DNA of 64,000 nt from Phoronis australis (taxonomy: Eukaryota > Animalia > Phoronida): assembly GCA_002633005.1 (NCBI GenBank), contig NMRA01000788.1, positions 62,001 through 126,000 of the forward strand, written 5' to 3'. The notes beneath the pieces are model-generated. The model saw nothing but the letters and a program-made list of their open reading frames with translations. It was not told the DNA's origin and did not search any database. This document shows positions 13,048 to 26,948 of this stretch, in pieces. The position numbers were made by a program, and so were the translations under genes. Positions within the stretch are counted from its first letter, which is position 1. Every line of letters starts with the position of its first letter.

Positions 13048-14399
13048 GTAGTGCGAATCTTGCACCACCTGGTGTTAAATTTATAGAACTTAAGGGGTAA
13101 CTCTGAGAGAGGAGCTAGTTGGAAGTTAAGTGGAGGTGCACTGGACTTTCAATAGACTGGGGTTTCCGTAATGGTAAACCGACACTATATGGTTATTGAC
13201 TTTCACCATGTCAATGTGGTTTTCAGATCCCAAAGCGGAATTGTTATTTTGGGCCTAATTCCCTGCAGCAAGTTAGTTATGTTTGGACTTTCAGTTGGTG
13301 AGCTGGCATTTTTTAGTCCAAAAATTTGTGGGGACATTTTGAAAAACCTTCCAGCAGATGCTCTGAACAGTTCAAAGGAACCATTCAAATATATTTTGAG
13401 GTGGTAAAATGTTTTAATCGTTGGATGGGAATTTTTGAACCTAAACTACTCAGGCATTGAGGGCCCTGAGCAGTGAATGTGAAAAAATTATTGACCATGG
13501 GTGAATTTATGATTTCAAATGTTCGAAATCACATAATGATTGATGTTTGTGATCTCTATATAATATTTAGAGGTCGTATTTGTGTCTCACAGCTGGTTTC
13601 TCCCGTTCGTCAATAATTATTGAAAGCATAACTGATCGGTGATACCTGAATTGTTTGATCAGTGAGGAATGACATGCCTTCTGAAGAGAGGACACAGTTT
13701 TTGTTATGGGATGTATTAAACTACAGACTGGTCCTTTGTTGTCATGTTTGGTTGGTTGTTGCTCAGGTCAGCATTATCCATGCCACTGAAAGGGACCAAC
13801 ATAAAGACTACTTATCTATACAATAAAACTTTCCAATTCAAGAAACGACTTGGTAGATGAATAAAACTTCCTTTTTCTCATTCTTATAAGTGATGAACTC
13901 CAAATGAGTGCTATCACTTTAGTTTTGTGTCATAACTATGGCAAATTCTCACTAAATTTGAACTCTACGGGTCATCCGTGTGACATTTTGTTTCCTATTT
14001 TTTTCATAAAAAGAGTTAGCACAAAAGCAATTCCTTTCCATGTTCAAGCTACATGCCGTCACTACCATCGGGCAATATTTTTGAAAAATGTAGGTATTTA
14101 GAACAATGTCAGAAGCCTTAGAAAAATAAAACGGGCAATTTTGGCGATTTTTTTGTTCAAAAGTGTTGAAATTTTATCGCATCAGAAAAAGATCCGTCTA
14201 TTTTGGCAATTATTTTTGTTTGAAATGGTGAGAGTTTACTTTACTATGATAGTGATCTGTCTATTTTGTCTTGTTAATGGCAGTCTGTATCTTTTTTCTC
14301 TTCAAATCCATAGTCAGTACTTTTCTTGCTCTTGGCTTATGAATCTTCGACAAAATAGTCAAAGCACTGCTCTGCTCTGCAGGTGCGGGGAGGTTGATA

Positions 14400-14967
14400 A
14401 TTACCCAGAACTGCCTGCCAGCTCAGAACAAGCATGCTCTCTTATTTATAAGCTATTGATCCGGCAATCAATAACACGCTGTTACACCAACTGCTGCCAT
14501 CTAGCAACTCACGGGTTACTTACGAAATTCTGCTGAAAAATAAATACTTCTATGGTGTTTAATCTTGCTTACTGCCTGCCAATCTGCTCGTGATTTCCTT
14601 TTTCTGCCAATCACAGTAATTCACACAGGTGCCCCTATTAGGATGTTGCTTAATCGCTCCCTACTCCTGATCATTCAATATTAATTGACCTGCATACTGC
14701 ATTTGAATATTATATGTTAATGCCTTTGCTATCTGCTACCCACAATGCAACAGACCAGCTTATTGATCTTGTTAACAGCAACAGACTCAGTGAGACTGAC
14801 AGGGTAGCAGGTGCTGTCATGTTCTCTGGGTAGATTTCACGTTTTTCATCCCCACCCGCACATTTTGTTTTCTACGAGAGCTGGTGGGTAATCACGAGAG
14901 TCACTCGCCAGCGGTGTTGGAATATCCAGAAGCCGAGCGTATCCATTCTCGGCTCAACTGTTTAAAG
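14400..14967 (+). promoter_or_regulatory. Candidate alternative promoter and first non-coding exon
   Basis: CCAAT at 14579 and 14607; ZNF143/Staf-like tacccacaatgca at 14737-14749; a locally CpG-richer stretch ending in donor aaag|gtacgg at 14968. Motif-level evidence only. Confidence 0.3.
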
Positions 14968-15302
14968 GTACGGTTGGCAGTCTGAAGTTGACAGTTCACA
15001 ATCTGCATTAAGATCCTATTGATTTTCTACCATTTTGGAAGTGAAAGAAAACCTCGCCTGCCTTTGGCGTTGTGGTTGTGTTGTATGGATATCTATCTTG
15101 TTGTATTGGCTTAAATGCCAGCTAATTCAGGAAATTGGCATCTCGGGTTTTTATTGTATTGTATTTCATTACTTCGCAGAGTGGTCTTAATTAGAGTTAT
15201 TTTTACCAAAGCCTGGCTGTGTAACTGAACTATTTCCTTCAAATTACGGAAACAAAGCAAGAATGCTAATGTGTATTCATTGTAGTCACATGCTCTCTAT
15301 AG

Positions 15303-15381
15303 TGCTAATATGTGTTGAACTAGAGGTGTTAATGTAGGTTAGGATATTGCTAATATAGGTTGAACTAGAAGTGTTAATGTA
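15303..15381. repeat. Tandem duplication with 45-bp period
   Basis: tgctaatat..gttgaactaga.gtgttaatgta occurs twice. Confidence 0.8.
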
Positions 15382-15995
15382 CATTGGGAAGCAAAGTAGC
15401 ATTACTGTGTTGCTACCATAAGGATCTGCTTTAACCTCGCACCACCATTGTGTCAGTACTTTGATGCAGTGGAATTTGAAAAGGAGCCATTTTGTTGCAG
15501 TGACCATGAGTAATGCAGGAAGTGAAAAATATATCAAAGAGTAGGGATGCCTGGATAGAGTTCAATAGCTGTCTCACGGCAAGTAAAATCTTGCCAAAAT
15601 CACATGCTGTCATACAAAATATAGGGCACTATCTTGTGCAATCTCACCAAGTCTTGCAAAGTTGTAATTCTTTCAGAAGATACATACAGTACTTTTGGTC
15701 TGTAGCAGGTATAATTAGTAGAGTAGACATTTAGCTACACACGGACTTACACAGACCCTACATAACCGTAAGGAACTTCGGCAGTTTGGCACAAAGCTCT
15801 GCAAAGTAGCCGACAGTTTATGGCACTGACTAACTTATAAAACATTTGAATATTGCTTCTGATTTCAAAGAACAGGTTACTTGATTTGAAAAACGTTGAT
15901 TTTGCATTGAGGTTTTGTTAACTACAGCTTTGGGCAATAGCTTGTGACATCATACTGAACACGAGAACTATAATGATTGCATTAATACAACTGTT

Positions 15996-16050
15996 GCATG
16001 GTTAGCAGAAGGTTCTGGGTTCGAGTCCCGGTCAGGGGCAGAAATCTTTT
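15996..16050 (+). mobile_element. tRNA-derived SINE-like fragment
   Basis: Pol III B-box ggttcgagtccc at 16018-16029; no complete cloverleaf. Confidence 0.4.
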
Positions 16051-17592
16051 CAGAATTATATTCATTAGGTCACGTGATGTGACCAAACAGATGGCGTGCT
16101 GACGGGACAAATTGTTCGCAACTGTAGATATGTCTTTGTTTTTGCTAAAATGGCAAATTTGAATTTATTATAGATGCAACTTTTCATTTAGGTTTAACCA
16201 AGTCAAGAAAACTTAGTTCACAATCTTACCAACCTAACATAATCACCATCTGTAGGCCTTGGAAAGTTTGAGTGAGTTAGGGAACACTAAATTAGTCTTG
16301 AATTGAAGTTAACAAGTTAAGTTTACTTAGCCAGTAAACACGCGGATTGAGCGACAATGGTTTGACACGCCACTGCAGTCTGAATGCTCAACTTTGGTGC
16401 TCATCGAAGATGTCGGTAGGGGTCACTGTTTTCACAATGACGAAGGTCAATTATTACACTGTAGCAATTACTTCGATGACCCTAGTGTCACGTAATCATT
16501 ACTCCAGTGTTTGCTAACAAAGCTAATGGGAATGCTCATTCGCACTTTATGTCGACTTTTCGCTAGTAACTGTATTTAACTTGGTGGGAAAAAAACCCTG
16601 TTGCAGTGGAGCTGTTGGAGTCTTGGCATTGGTGCACTTTGTATTGAGAAACTGGTAGAGGTGAAATAGTTCTGAAACCCTCTTTCAATCCCCTAGTTTT
16701 GTTTCTTATTTCATAGTAAAAACATGAGGGAAATCAAAAAAGAAAGAATAAAGAAAAAATAATTCAGGTACAAGTTTTTGATAAAGCCAAAATACTAAAA
16801 TTTTAGGCACTCAAAATCAAAAAAATACTTCTTACTAATGCCTCTGTTTAGGCATCCAAAATGGAAAAAGTTATTCTGTTACACCACAGATTTTTAAAGA
16901 TTTGTGGTTGGCAAAGACCAAAGTATGAAATCAGAAGACTTGAAAAAATGGAATTATGAACCACCGGTACTTGGAAACCCTTTAGTAGGTTAAAAAATTC
17001 AGCTGAGAGTTAAGTTGATGAAATTAGCCTTATATTCTGGAACAAAACTATGTCGTTGGTTACTTTTCATGGAAGCTTTCTGCAAATGGATTTTTTTTTT
17101 CGGGCCTACTCTCTAACTGAGTGTGCGAATATCTTAATTTTCCAGCTGCACCTCCACCCGCTGGAGAGATACAAGGGATGCTCGTGAATAATTGCATGGT
17201 TTTTTTACCGTCTCAACTTTCTTACATCTAAGGTGCCTTGCCGAGGTCCTTTCAAAGCCAGTTGAAGGCTTAAGTGGAGAATTGGCACTTGACATTAAAT
17301 CGTTTGCTTTGCTGCTGTGTTTTGAAGCTTATTAAGCCCTGTCTTGAATCTTAACGTTTAGAACAATAATTGGTCGGTGTCTTGAAATGAATTTTTTTGT
17401 GCATGATATTTTTCATCTTGGTTTTGATCATGGTTATGTGTGTGGTGGCCAGTCCAACTGATTGACAGGCTGCATGACTTTGTGTTGTTTCTTGTAGAAC
17501 ATGTGAGTGCAAACTTATGTGAAGAGATTGTGCCTGAAAATATCAATATTTCGCTGTTGTAGGTATCAATAGTCTTTTTCGCTCATTTTGTA

Positions 17593-19153
17593 TTTTTATG
17601 CGCCCACATATTTATATGTGGATGCATTATGCTGTCATCCGTGTCCGTCCCTCCGTCCGGTGTCCGCTGCTCTATCTCCAAAACCGGTTGACATATGTTC
17701 ATGAAATTTTCCACATTTGTTCCTTTCATGGATGGGATGGCATGAGCGAAGTTTCGGACGGATCCAACTACCGGTATGTCCCCTAGTGGCAATTTTAGTT
17801 TTTTATGTTTAGCTCTGTATCTTCAAAGGACCTGAACATATTTTCATAAAATTTGGTTTACAGGCTTCTGTTAGTGAGGTGATGCTATCTTTTCATTTCC
17901 AGATGAATTTGACCTAGTTTGTGCCACCTAGTGGCAGGCCTTTATCCAGGATTTCAAAAATAGGGTGTCCAAAATGGGGTTCCCAATATTCGAGGGCGTC
18001 CATAATTCTGACGCGTAACCCCCCACCCCCAGCAATCCCCTCAAACACACAGATTTTTTTACAAAAAATGCATAGACCAAGTTTTTTACATCTAAGTTTA
18101 CAAAACAGCCTTCTGTAGTGAGCATTTTTTTATAAAAAATTGGTGTAGACCAAGACTTTTACAATGCTATCAACCAAGTGTGAGCATAGCAACATTGTAT
18201 ATACTTTGTATATACGTACATTGTATATTTCTTAATGCTTTGAAAAAAGAGCCCCCACTGAACCTTCAGAGGGTTCCTAGCAATCATTACAATGTGTATG
18301 TCCAAACTTGAAAGGTTCCTATTGACAATGGGCGTCCAAATGATACAATGGGCGTCCTTGCCAGAGCGTCCATATTAGTGCTAGTCCAAATGGACACCCA
18401 GGACATACGCTGCATAAAGGCCTGCCTAGTGGCCATATTTACCATTTTTGAGTCTATTTTTTGGCATCCACCCCTCTGTCAACCAAACCGATTTCAGGAT
18501 AATCGTGAAAATTGACATACTATGATTTTACTATGAAGTGGACAGGTAACGATGATTTTTTTGATGACTTCGATTACTGTGGCGCCTCCTAGTAGCTGTT
18601 TTGTTTTTTTCGCCCATGGCTGTATCTCCTAAACCGTTTGCAGGATCTTTACTAAATTTAGCAAGTGTGTTTATAATGTTGACAAAGGACTACGACGATT
18701 TTCGAATGGATCTGACTACTGGTGTGCCCCCTGGTTGCAATTTTAGTTTTACGTTTACCTCTGTATCTTTAAAGGTCCTCAACGTATTTTCATAAAATTT
18801 GGAATGTAATCATCTATTGGTGAGATGACGCTATCCTCCCATTTTCAGTTAGATTCAAGGTATTTATATGAAGCTAACTATAGGCAATGACTTTGAGGCA
18901 GACAATGTGCCCCCTAGTTGAAATGTCATGTTTTTTTTCTGTTTTCCTTTGTTTGTCTGAAGTTCCTTGACAGATTTTTTGAAATTTGGTAAATAGCTTT
19001 CTACTAAAGAAGCGATGGCATATTCCGTTTTCTGATGGATTGAACGTTTTGCACCATCTAGTGTCAATTTTATGATACAAATGAACAACTCTACAAACAC
19101 ACCATTTGCGATGCATTCGTGGGCACTTTTCAACACTCCGCGTTGCTCTTGTT
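17593..19153 (+). mobile_element. Helentron-associated (HINE/DINE-1-like) element with internal about 145-180 bp tandem units
   Basis: 5' T-run and hairpin (gcgcccacata/tatgtgg), a ccgt/gtcc microsatellite, and about 6 diverged core repeats (17790-17900 resembles 18740-18850). 3' subterminal inverted copy gtgggcac (19119-19126), short hairpin caac..gttg and ctcttgtt end. Confidence 0.75.
17935..18424. mobile_element. hAT-type MITE nested in the HINE
   Basis: TIR caggcctttatccag / ctgcataaaggcctg (14/15). Perfect 8-bp TSD cctagtgg at 17927-17934 and 18425-18432. Confidence 0.92.
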
Positions 19154-21532
19154 GTAAAAATTGAGAGTTAGACCATGCAGTGGTTGCTACACTACCGTGC
19201 CATGACTCCAGCAAAATCTCTTCTGTTTGCAATAAATTATGGCAGACATTAGTGAAGTTTTATTGTATCAAATTTCTCAGCAAAAAGAACTGTTTTTTAG
19301 GAAAGTTGAAATAGTTTTCAGCATGGTTTTTACATTAAAGCTGTCTAGGAGCAAGATTTGCTAAAATTTCATTCATTTGTAGTGATGTAGTTAGTCTGAA
19401 AAATGACTACTTTAGTCAATAATTCTTCCTATCTTTTGACATGATGGGTTGTCGTGGACTAGTTGCAGCCATTGACGTACTTCCTTGAGGATGGCCGGAA
19501 GCAAACTGTGGTGTCCAACAAAAAATATTGATCAAAGACGATTAGGGCTTTGGCATGTTCTCACAAACGTGTGACAGGCAAATCATGATGGATGTTTGTG
19601 TTTTGTGAGTCTGTCCATAGTCCGCATTGTGTTAGGTGAACAGAGGGTGAAGTTAAACACGCCTTCTACGTCACGGCCATGTAATCCTAATCGATATTAG
19701 TTATTAAAACAGGCACAGAAGCAAACACACTCTTCAACTGTTTGTTCAACCCGGTGTTATAGATTTCATGCCCATCATCAGTTTTTGTCTCAGTGTAAAA
19801 TCTCTCCAAGTTAGGGCACAATTGAATTAGAAGACAGCTGTGATTTTATGGTTTAAAATGTTTATCAAAAATTATTAGTAACAATAAATCCCTCACCATT
19901 GCAAGTCCTATACTATTACTGCCATCAGAATGTGCTTTGCTAAATGGTGGGGTTTGACCACTGTGTTAGAAGCCTTTGAAAAGTGAAGAAATGCTAATGT
20001 GGGGATTATTATCTGGAGCCTGTGGCATTTCACTCTAGTTTAGGTAGTGGTTCTTTTCAGCCTACTGTGCCACTTTTGTTAAGGAACTGTGCAACAAACA
20101 GATAAAAAATTATTGATACTTTCTGTAACTATGTATATGCATGTTGCATAATTAAATTTTTTGAGTCACTTGAAAGTATGTAATCTCATTTGGATTTGAC
20201 AATTTACTTATCTCTGGTTATTTAGTCTAGTGAGTCCTAATGTGTTATCCTTTGAGGGATAGATAGACAAATTTATGAATGTACAAAAATTACCATTTTC
20301 ACGTGAATGACTACTGTTGAGTAGGTCAACTCATGTATATCCAGGCTTTGTTAATATTTGTGCGGAACTCGTGAATATCCGTTGTCTTCTGATGTGTGCA
20401 GATGCAAAAAAGTGATTTTCAGACCACCACGACTAACTTTTCTCCTTCGCATAACCCTGCAACTGGTTTTTGGTCAAGACTTTGGTTGCCTAATTCACGG
20501 TAGCGATGTTTGCACCCTGAGGTGTTGTGGTTAGTTACCGTAGAACTAGAACGAAGTCACTGTGGCTATTGCTAAGGTAATTTTCCATTCATTCGCATAA
20601 AAATAAATGGTAGTAATTGTCATTTTCCATTTTTCAAAGCGGCTCACTGGGCTATAAATAGTGGAAACTTTACCAAAGGTTTTATGTCTACACAGTATGT
20701 TTACCTTTGTCAAGAAATTTGACAAAATAGAATTTCACTTGTCAACCCTGCTGTGGACTAAATAGGTGAAGAATTCCGGTTTGCCAAATCCATTCAAATG
20801 TCATTGAAGATCAACTACCACTAATCAAGGAGTGTTTGAATCATGCATGAGGTTGTCACATGAACAAATAATGGACTGACTTGTTTGTGTTTTAATCACC
20901 CAGATGCAATTGATTTTTGTGATACCTCTGGCTTAGGGTTTTTGCTTGATTGAAATGCTTATAAAGATTAAACCTCTGAAAGATTCAATACCTGCTATGT
21001 TTCAAAAGTTCACTGTTAACGTGTGGTGACCTGCCACATGTAGTGAAAAACACCAGAGTGCCTTGGACACCTTGGTTTTGGGGCTGAAAGTCGACTCCAT
21101 TCCCCTATGAAAAATGTTTTAAAAATCTTGCAAGTTTACCTTCATTAAGCCCGAAATTTCCTGTCCAATGATTGAAAGATATCGACACTTGGTGACATGA
21201 TGTGGTCGCTTATGTTGTTCAAGGGTATTGCCGTTTTGTTATCTTGTGCATTTTGTTTGTTCACTCCCTTGACAGTCATATTTTATGTGATTAATGTTTC
21301 ATACTTAAAAAAAACATTTTTCTGACTTAAGGGATTCCTTGCTATAACTCCACCATGCAGTAAGGACCTATCGGGTACCTCAACCAAAAGTTCTCTCTGA
21401 AGGCAGGGGCACCTTTTTCCTTATGTAGGCCTTCGGTCTTGAGAGTTATTTCTGTTTTTAAATAGCAATAACAGATGACTAGTTATGGAATAGCTTCTGT
21501 CTTGTTAATTTTGCCCCCCCCCCCCCCCCCCC

Positions 21533-21559
21533 NNNNNNNNNNNNNNNNNNNNNNNNNNN
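21533..21559. other. Assembly gap (27 N) inside a poly-C run
   Basis: Seen directly in the sequence. Confidence 0.99.
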
Positions 21560-22861
21560 CCCCCCCCCCCTCCCGGATAATGTGATAATCCCTGGCCATG
21601 ATGGGTGGCTAGTTTGACAATAAATTCTGCTAGCTCCCAGCCATCTGGATTACTTTGACCAATTATTATAATGTGGTGTGCTGTAAATGGCTTGTTGTTC
21701 TAAGAGTAAACTGGTTTGAATTGCAAATCGACATAATGCGCATGTTGCATTAGTTTTTTGGAAGCCTCAACCCTGCAGAGTGTAATTTTTGGAAGCCTCC
21801 GGCTTGGAATAGATGCCATTTTAGCCTCTTTTGACGTGGTGAATTTGCGATCCTTTTTGTGCTGGGTGGAGTTTGTTGATTGCTTCGAGTTTGTTGATTG
21901 CTTGGGTGGGTAGACTCACATCTCAGGGTGACTATTTAAAACTGGCAATTAGGATTTGTCCTAACTGTCGTTGTCTTTAGCACTTACCATAATAAATGTC
22001 AGTGGCCTTTGTTCAGATATTACTGGAGCTTTGATTGCGATGATTGGAATGACAGTTGGCTGTGAACAATTAGGAGTTTTGAATTACGTAAGGTAAAATG
22101 ATTGTGCCTTAAAACCCTGTTTGCACGCTTTGATTTTTTTGTCTGCAACCAAATAATGTGGCTAGGACTTAATTACGACTGTTAAGACAGGTGTTCTGAC
22201 TCTACTTTTAAAATTTTAAATGTAAGGGCTCTTTCAAACTCACTTAAATTCGGTATGAGTGAAGCGTTGACGTAAACTGTGAAGTTATTTGAACCGTTCA
22301 TACTACCTGGTAGTTTAGTAACAGCATCGAAGTAAACGTCATGGCTGCGAAAACGATAAGTTTTGATACACGATTTGAAGAATCGGTGAAGTGGGCAAAT
22401 GTTAGCCCCATGGCTCAGTATTCGCCACAGGCCAACCACCTGTCTAAGGTAAAATAGTCCATCAAGACACCTTTGTGCAACAGTCATCAATGCCAAACCA
22501 TTCCCACACCATATATTTTCTTCCTGTAGTATTTTTGAGGTGATCTACATGTCCCCAAATTGAATCCTGTAATATTTATTCAGTGCCCACTGAATTGATG
22601 AAAATAAGATGTGTATTATTTGTGAAGCATCAGTGACAGCTGGTATATTGTTTTCAATAAGATTTGTCCAGAAGATAGCCTCCATGTGGTTTATATTAAT
22701 TAAGTTTTCTATATATAAATCATGTGAAATGCTTATTTGTGTATCTTCTACCAATTACTTCATTTTAATTAACTTGATGGTAGAGAGGGTTCAGGTACTC
22801 ATGCCAGGTGATTAAATGGTTATTATCGCATTTTCAATCAATGCTCAATATTGAATGTATG

Positions 22862-23084
22862 TCTGACCAGCATATGGGCCTAGTGTTGTCAACTCTGGTA
22901 AGATCTGACCAGCATATGGCCCTAAGTATTGTCAACATTCCCGAAGATTTGACCTGGTGAGTTATGTCTAGGGTTGTCAAAGTTGGAAGGATCTGATCAG
23001 CATATAGAAGGACTTATGTTGTCAACACTCACCATCTGGCCAGCATATGGGGCTAGTATTGTCAACACTCCCACGATCTGACCA
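22862..23084. repeat. Degenerate minisatellite, 42-44 bp unit, 5 copies plus a partial copy
   Basis: The motif tctgaccagcatatgg..ctagt.ttgtcaac recurs at 22862, 22904, 22948, 22992, 23035 and 23077. Confidence 0.85.
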
Positions 23085-26000
23085 ATCAGTTGCTGCTGTG
23101 CTGTTCTTATTTTTTCTTTAGAGCTCATTGTTCATAAAGTTGAGCTTCAGGAAGGATGTCGTTGTCCATTCCATGGAGAGAGTCTTACCATTAGGTTCGC
23201 ATGAGCAGCGAAAACACTTGCACTGTTCTTCAGTGGCTGTCTACATTGGGGCTTGTTTTCTCACAACCCAAATTACTTGTAAAGTGGAAAGCGGAAGTTG
23301 ATTTCAAAGCCCTTTTCTCACCACCCCGATAGAAAATCACACAATTCCTCAATAAGACTGTCCCGGATTCCGTAGCAACACATGAATCTTGTATTTACCC
23401 ACAAGGACACAATCGTCAAGCACTTTAATAGATGGGGGGGGGGGTGCCATTAGGATTCCACGTGTTCTTTGTTATATTCTTTACAAGCATTTCTCTTGAG
23501 TGATCACATGCTTCGGTTTTGTTTGCAGTTGCTGACCTAAAAGTTGTGATCAGTGATATGAAACACACCTTGTTCAAAACTTTTATTTGCTCGATTTACC
23601 CCATTGATGTACCAGTGTTGCTTCTTGTCTTTCATTTTAACAACATTAAATGCACTCAAAAGTAATTGCCAAAGTTGTAATTATTGTATTGGAAATTCTC
23701 CAAAAGTTGTTTTATGACATCTGCAAATCATACTAGTCATTGACTAAAATTTTCTTTAAGTTTATTTTTATGGAGAAATTCAATGAAATAGAATTTCACT
23801 AGTTGGCAGTACCATGTACTAACCAAGTTGTTGTCAGGCCTTCGAGGTCGTCTTGTGCGTTGTGGTGTTGCGGGCATTATTGTCTAATCTCCCTGCCTTC
23901 CTCGTCATGCCACTTTTCAGTCGATTTCTCTAAGTGTCGCTTTGTCAATTAGCGCTTTCTTGATTTCGACCTTATCGCCTTCATCAGACCTCAGAGATCA
24001 GACTCAGTATTACAGAAATTCACCTAGTAGCCTTGTTATGGAAACTCACCTTGTTAAGTTAATATCTGAGCTTGTTATTCAAGACAGGGTGTGGGGTGTA
24101 CTATTTCTAGTCCCATCGCTTTCCTCACAGATGACGCCTACGTAGGTGTTGGTCGTCAATCAGATCAGTGCTCAGATGTTTAGAATATCTAACTGGTCCC
24201 TTTGGGAATTTCAACTGATACTTCCTACTGTTACTAGTTATTGCTTCGTCTGTGAGCAGAGTTTAGTTTCTGTTGGGGAGAAGTTACTGCTGTGTTTCGA
24301 TGGAGTTTGAAAATGTGTTTTAGCCGGGCTTTTGAATTACAACTTGAAAATTTATTTGAGTCACAGATGTGAACAAACAACGTGATGTAAAAAATGAAGT
24401 GCTACCTCTTGTGAGTGTTTTGGTCTGTTTCAGCACTGAAAAAGTGTGGTGTGAACTTATCTTGACCCATGTTGCTTCCTTTCCTCAGGCAAATATTGTC
24501 ACGCTTTAAAATTGCTGTGTTAGTTTCATTATATTAGTCGTGACTGAAAAGTTACGTTTAATGGAGCAAACTGAAAGCATGACTTATTGTTGAAGTGTCA
24601 CGAATACTGGGCTAGCTGGAATGGGAGAATATTTCAATGCAGGTTAACCCTGTCCATCACACTTGTTGGGACTGGGTGCATTAACTCAGGCGTTTGTTTG
24701 TTTCTTTGGAAGACCTAATCTTATGGGGGTGTCAGGTGGGTGGGGTCATAGGTTGTTGCAAATGCTTATTTTCATGCTGTGGTTGTTTATTTGAGTAGGA
24801 TGTTGTACAACAATCATTGTTAATGTTCAGTGAATGTTGTTTGGATCATGAGATGTTTATGACTGTTGTGTTTGGGTGTCCACTTTATTTGTGTGCAAGT
24901 TATCTCAAAGTTTGGTATTTCTTGGAATGAAAGCAAGTTTGTAGAAACTGGGCTAATGTCATTATGTTGTTTCACCAGGTTCATGAGCACTCTCAGTTCT
25001 GTGTACTTGGTCCATGAAGGTGAGGTGAAGTATGGGATTCTGTAATAATACTTGTCAATATTTCTGTGTACATGAATAAGACACCACCATTCCCTCCACA
25101 GTTTCACTGTGATATAATGTGCCTACATTTTGAGAGCCAGTTGATGCCCGTAATTCAGTGGAGAAAACTAGTTCTAAAACTCCAACTATTAATTTAAAGT
25201 TGTTGAAGCCAAGTTTGGCAAGGGAGATTCTTAAAATTTGAACTTAATCCAAATTTTTATGTTACATATGGAAATGAATCATGATTTTAAACGGGGCTCT
25301 AAAACCCCCGCAGTTGAATGTCCTTCAAGTGCATTCTGACTAACAACAATTGCATGAAAATTTAATTGGTGACCCTGGTGAGGTCTGAATTATTGGCAAT
25401 CAATGGTCAATAACCTCAACGGGTTAGTGGAAAAAAATTCAAAATTGTAGAATCATTAGGATTCAACAACTGTTAGTATTTTTGGAGCAGCTGGAACTGG
25501 TCAACCAGGTCCAAAATATATTTTGAGACAATACCACTGATGTCACTGTTTCCTTTAAATTCAACTATTTGGAAAATGGAAAGAGTTTTGTCAATCACGT
25601 TTGTTTCATTATAGCTCTGTATGTATTTGTGTTTTACTGGCAGTCCATAAATTTCACTTCAGTGCCATTCAACTGTGGCGGCCATTTTGTTGCACCACCA
25701 GGCTATCGAAAATTATTTTCAAATTCCATATTTAATCGTTATTTTGAAAACTTGAAAATGCCATGTTTGGTGCTCTTCTGTGCCAACTAATTATGGAAGT
25801 TGTTTTGAAACCTTCCCTCAATGTTTTTCTTTCAAAAACTACTATATGTTTGCATTAAGGTAGATTATAACACAGTGGCTTGACACAGTACTGTGGCAGT
25901 CAACTTTTTGTTGACCTTTATATGCAAGCGGTTTGATTTTGAGTTATAGTAGCCACCTGTATCTGTCTAAATGTTGACAGTAAGAATCAACTATTTTTAT

Positions 26001-26777
26001 GTGTGGTTAAAATATTATGAAACCTACCTGAAGAACCCGTCCTCAGATTTATCACGTAACACGAAAGTTGGAGTAAATCTCTAATTCTAAAGATGTTATT
26101 CCCTACGTACTTCCACAGCTAGGTGGCACTGCAAAAGTGTTGGTTGTACATTGTTGTTTAGGACACAATGACTCATTTTAGCATCAATTTTAATGACGCT
26201 AACACGAAAGCGTGCGTGTTCCAAACATGCAAAATCATTGTTGTTTGGACACAGCACCTCCTTTTCAGGTGTAATGGCAAATTCGTGCAAGTAGTGAATA
26301 GTTTTCCATTGATTGCAATGATGCGGGCAATAAACAAGCATTTCCACTGGTAACCATGAAAACTCATTAGGCAACCGGTCCTGCTCCTCATTATCTCTTG
26401 TTTATTCGTGTTTCCTTGAAATGCTAATATGAAGTGGGCGCTGGGTTATCTTAGAAGGACGACTGGATGTTAATTTTTTCACATTGTTATTGATTTCACT
26501 CCATGGTGTGCTGGCTTGATGATAAGCTCCAGAGAGACCTCTGCGGTATATCTATGTTTGTACAGTGTTTGTGCAGCACAAGGTTTTTACCTCTGGGGGA
26601 CCACCGCCTCACTCGACTGATAAAGGTTAAAGGCTCTTGATGTGGTTGGATTTTGAAATCGTTCTCGCTGTAATTGACATCCAACGTTGTTCAGGGTAAA
26701 TGATAACCTAAATAGTAACTGTCACTGGATTGGTTTTCTTTATGTTAAAAGTTGGTGAGCACTATTCTATGTGTATT

Positions 26778-26948
26778 CAGTGGCCAAATGGTTCACGGCC
26801 AAGAGGTCATGGGTTCTTTTCTCCATCTGGACGAGCTGTTGTTCCCATGACCAAGGCTCGGTAGACTTTTTTAAAGTCATCGTGACGTGAGAGGGCCTCG
26901 TACCTTGCTGAGCCTTGAGTCCTTTAAGACTCTTAAAAGAAGAAAGAA
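26778..26948 (+). mobile_element. Degenerate tRNA-derived SINE
   Basis: A-box-like gtggccaaatggtt, degenerate B-box ggttcttttc and A-rich tail aaaagaagaaagaaa. Confidence 0.35.

Noticed and set aside
15996-16050. Functional tRNA gene
   Set aside because: Only a B-box/T-arm-like piece is present, with no acceptor stem or anticodon arm. Treated as SINE debris.
21514-21570. Poly-C and poly-G runs as G-quadruplex elements (also 48358-48379)
   Set aside because: The runs abut N gaps, so their length and content are unreliable.
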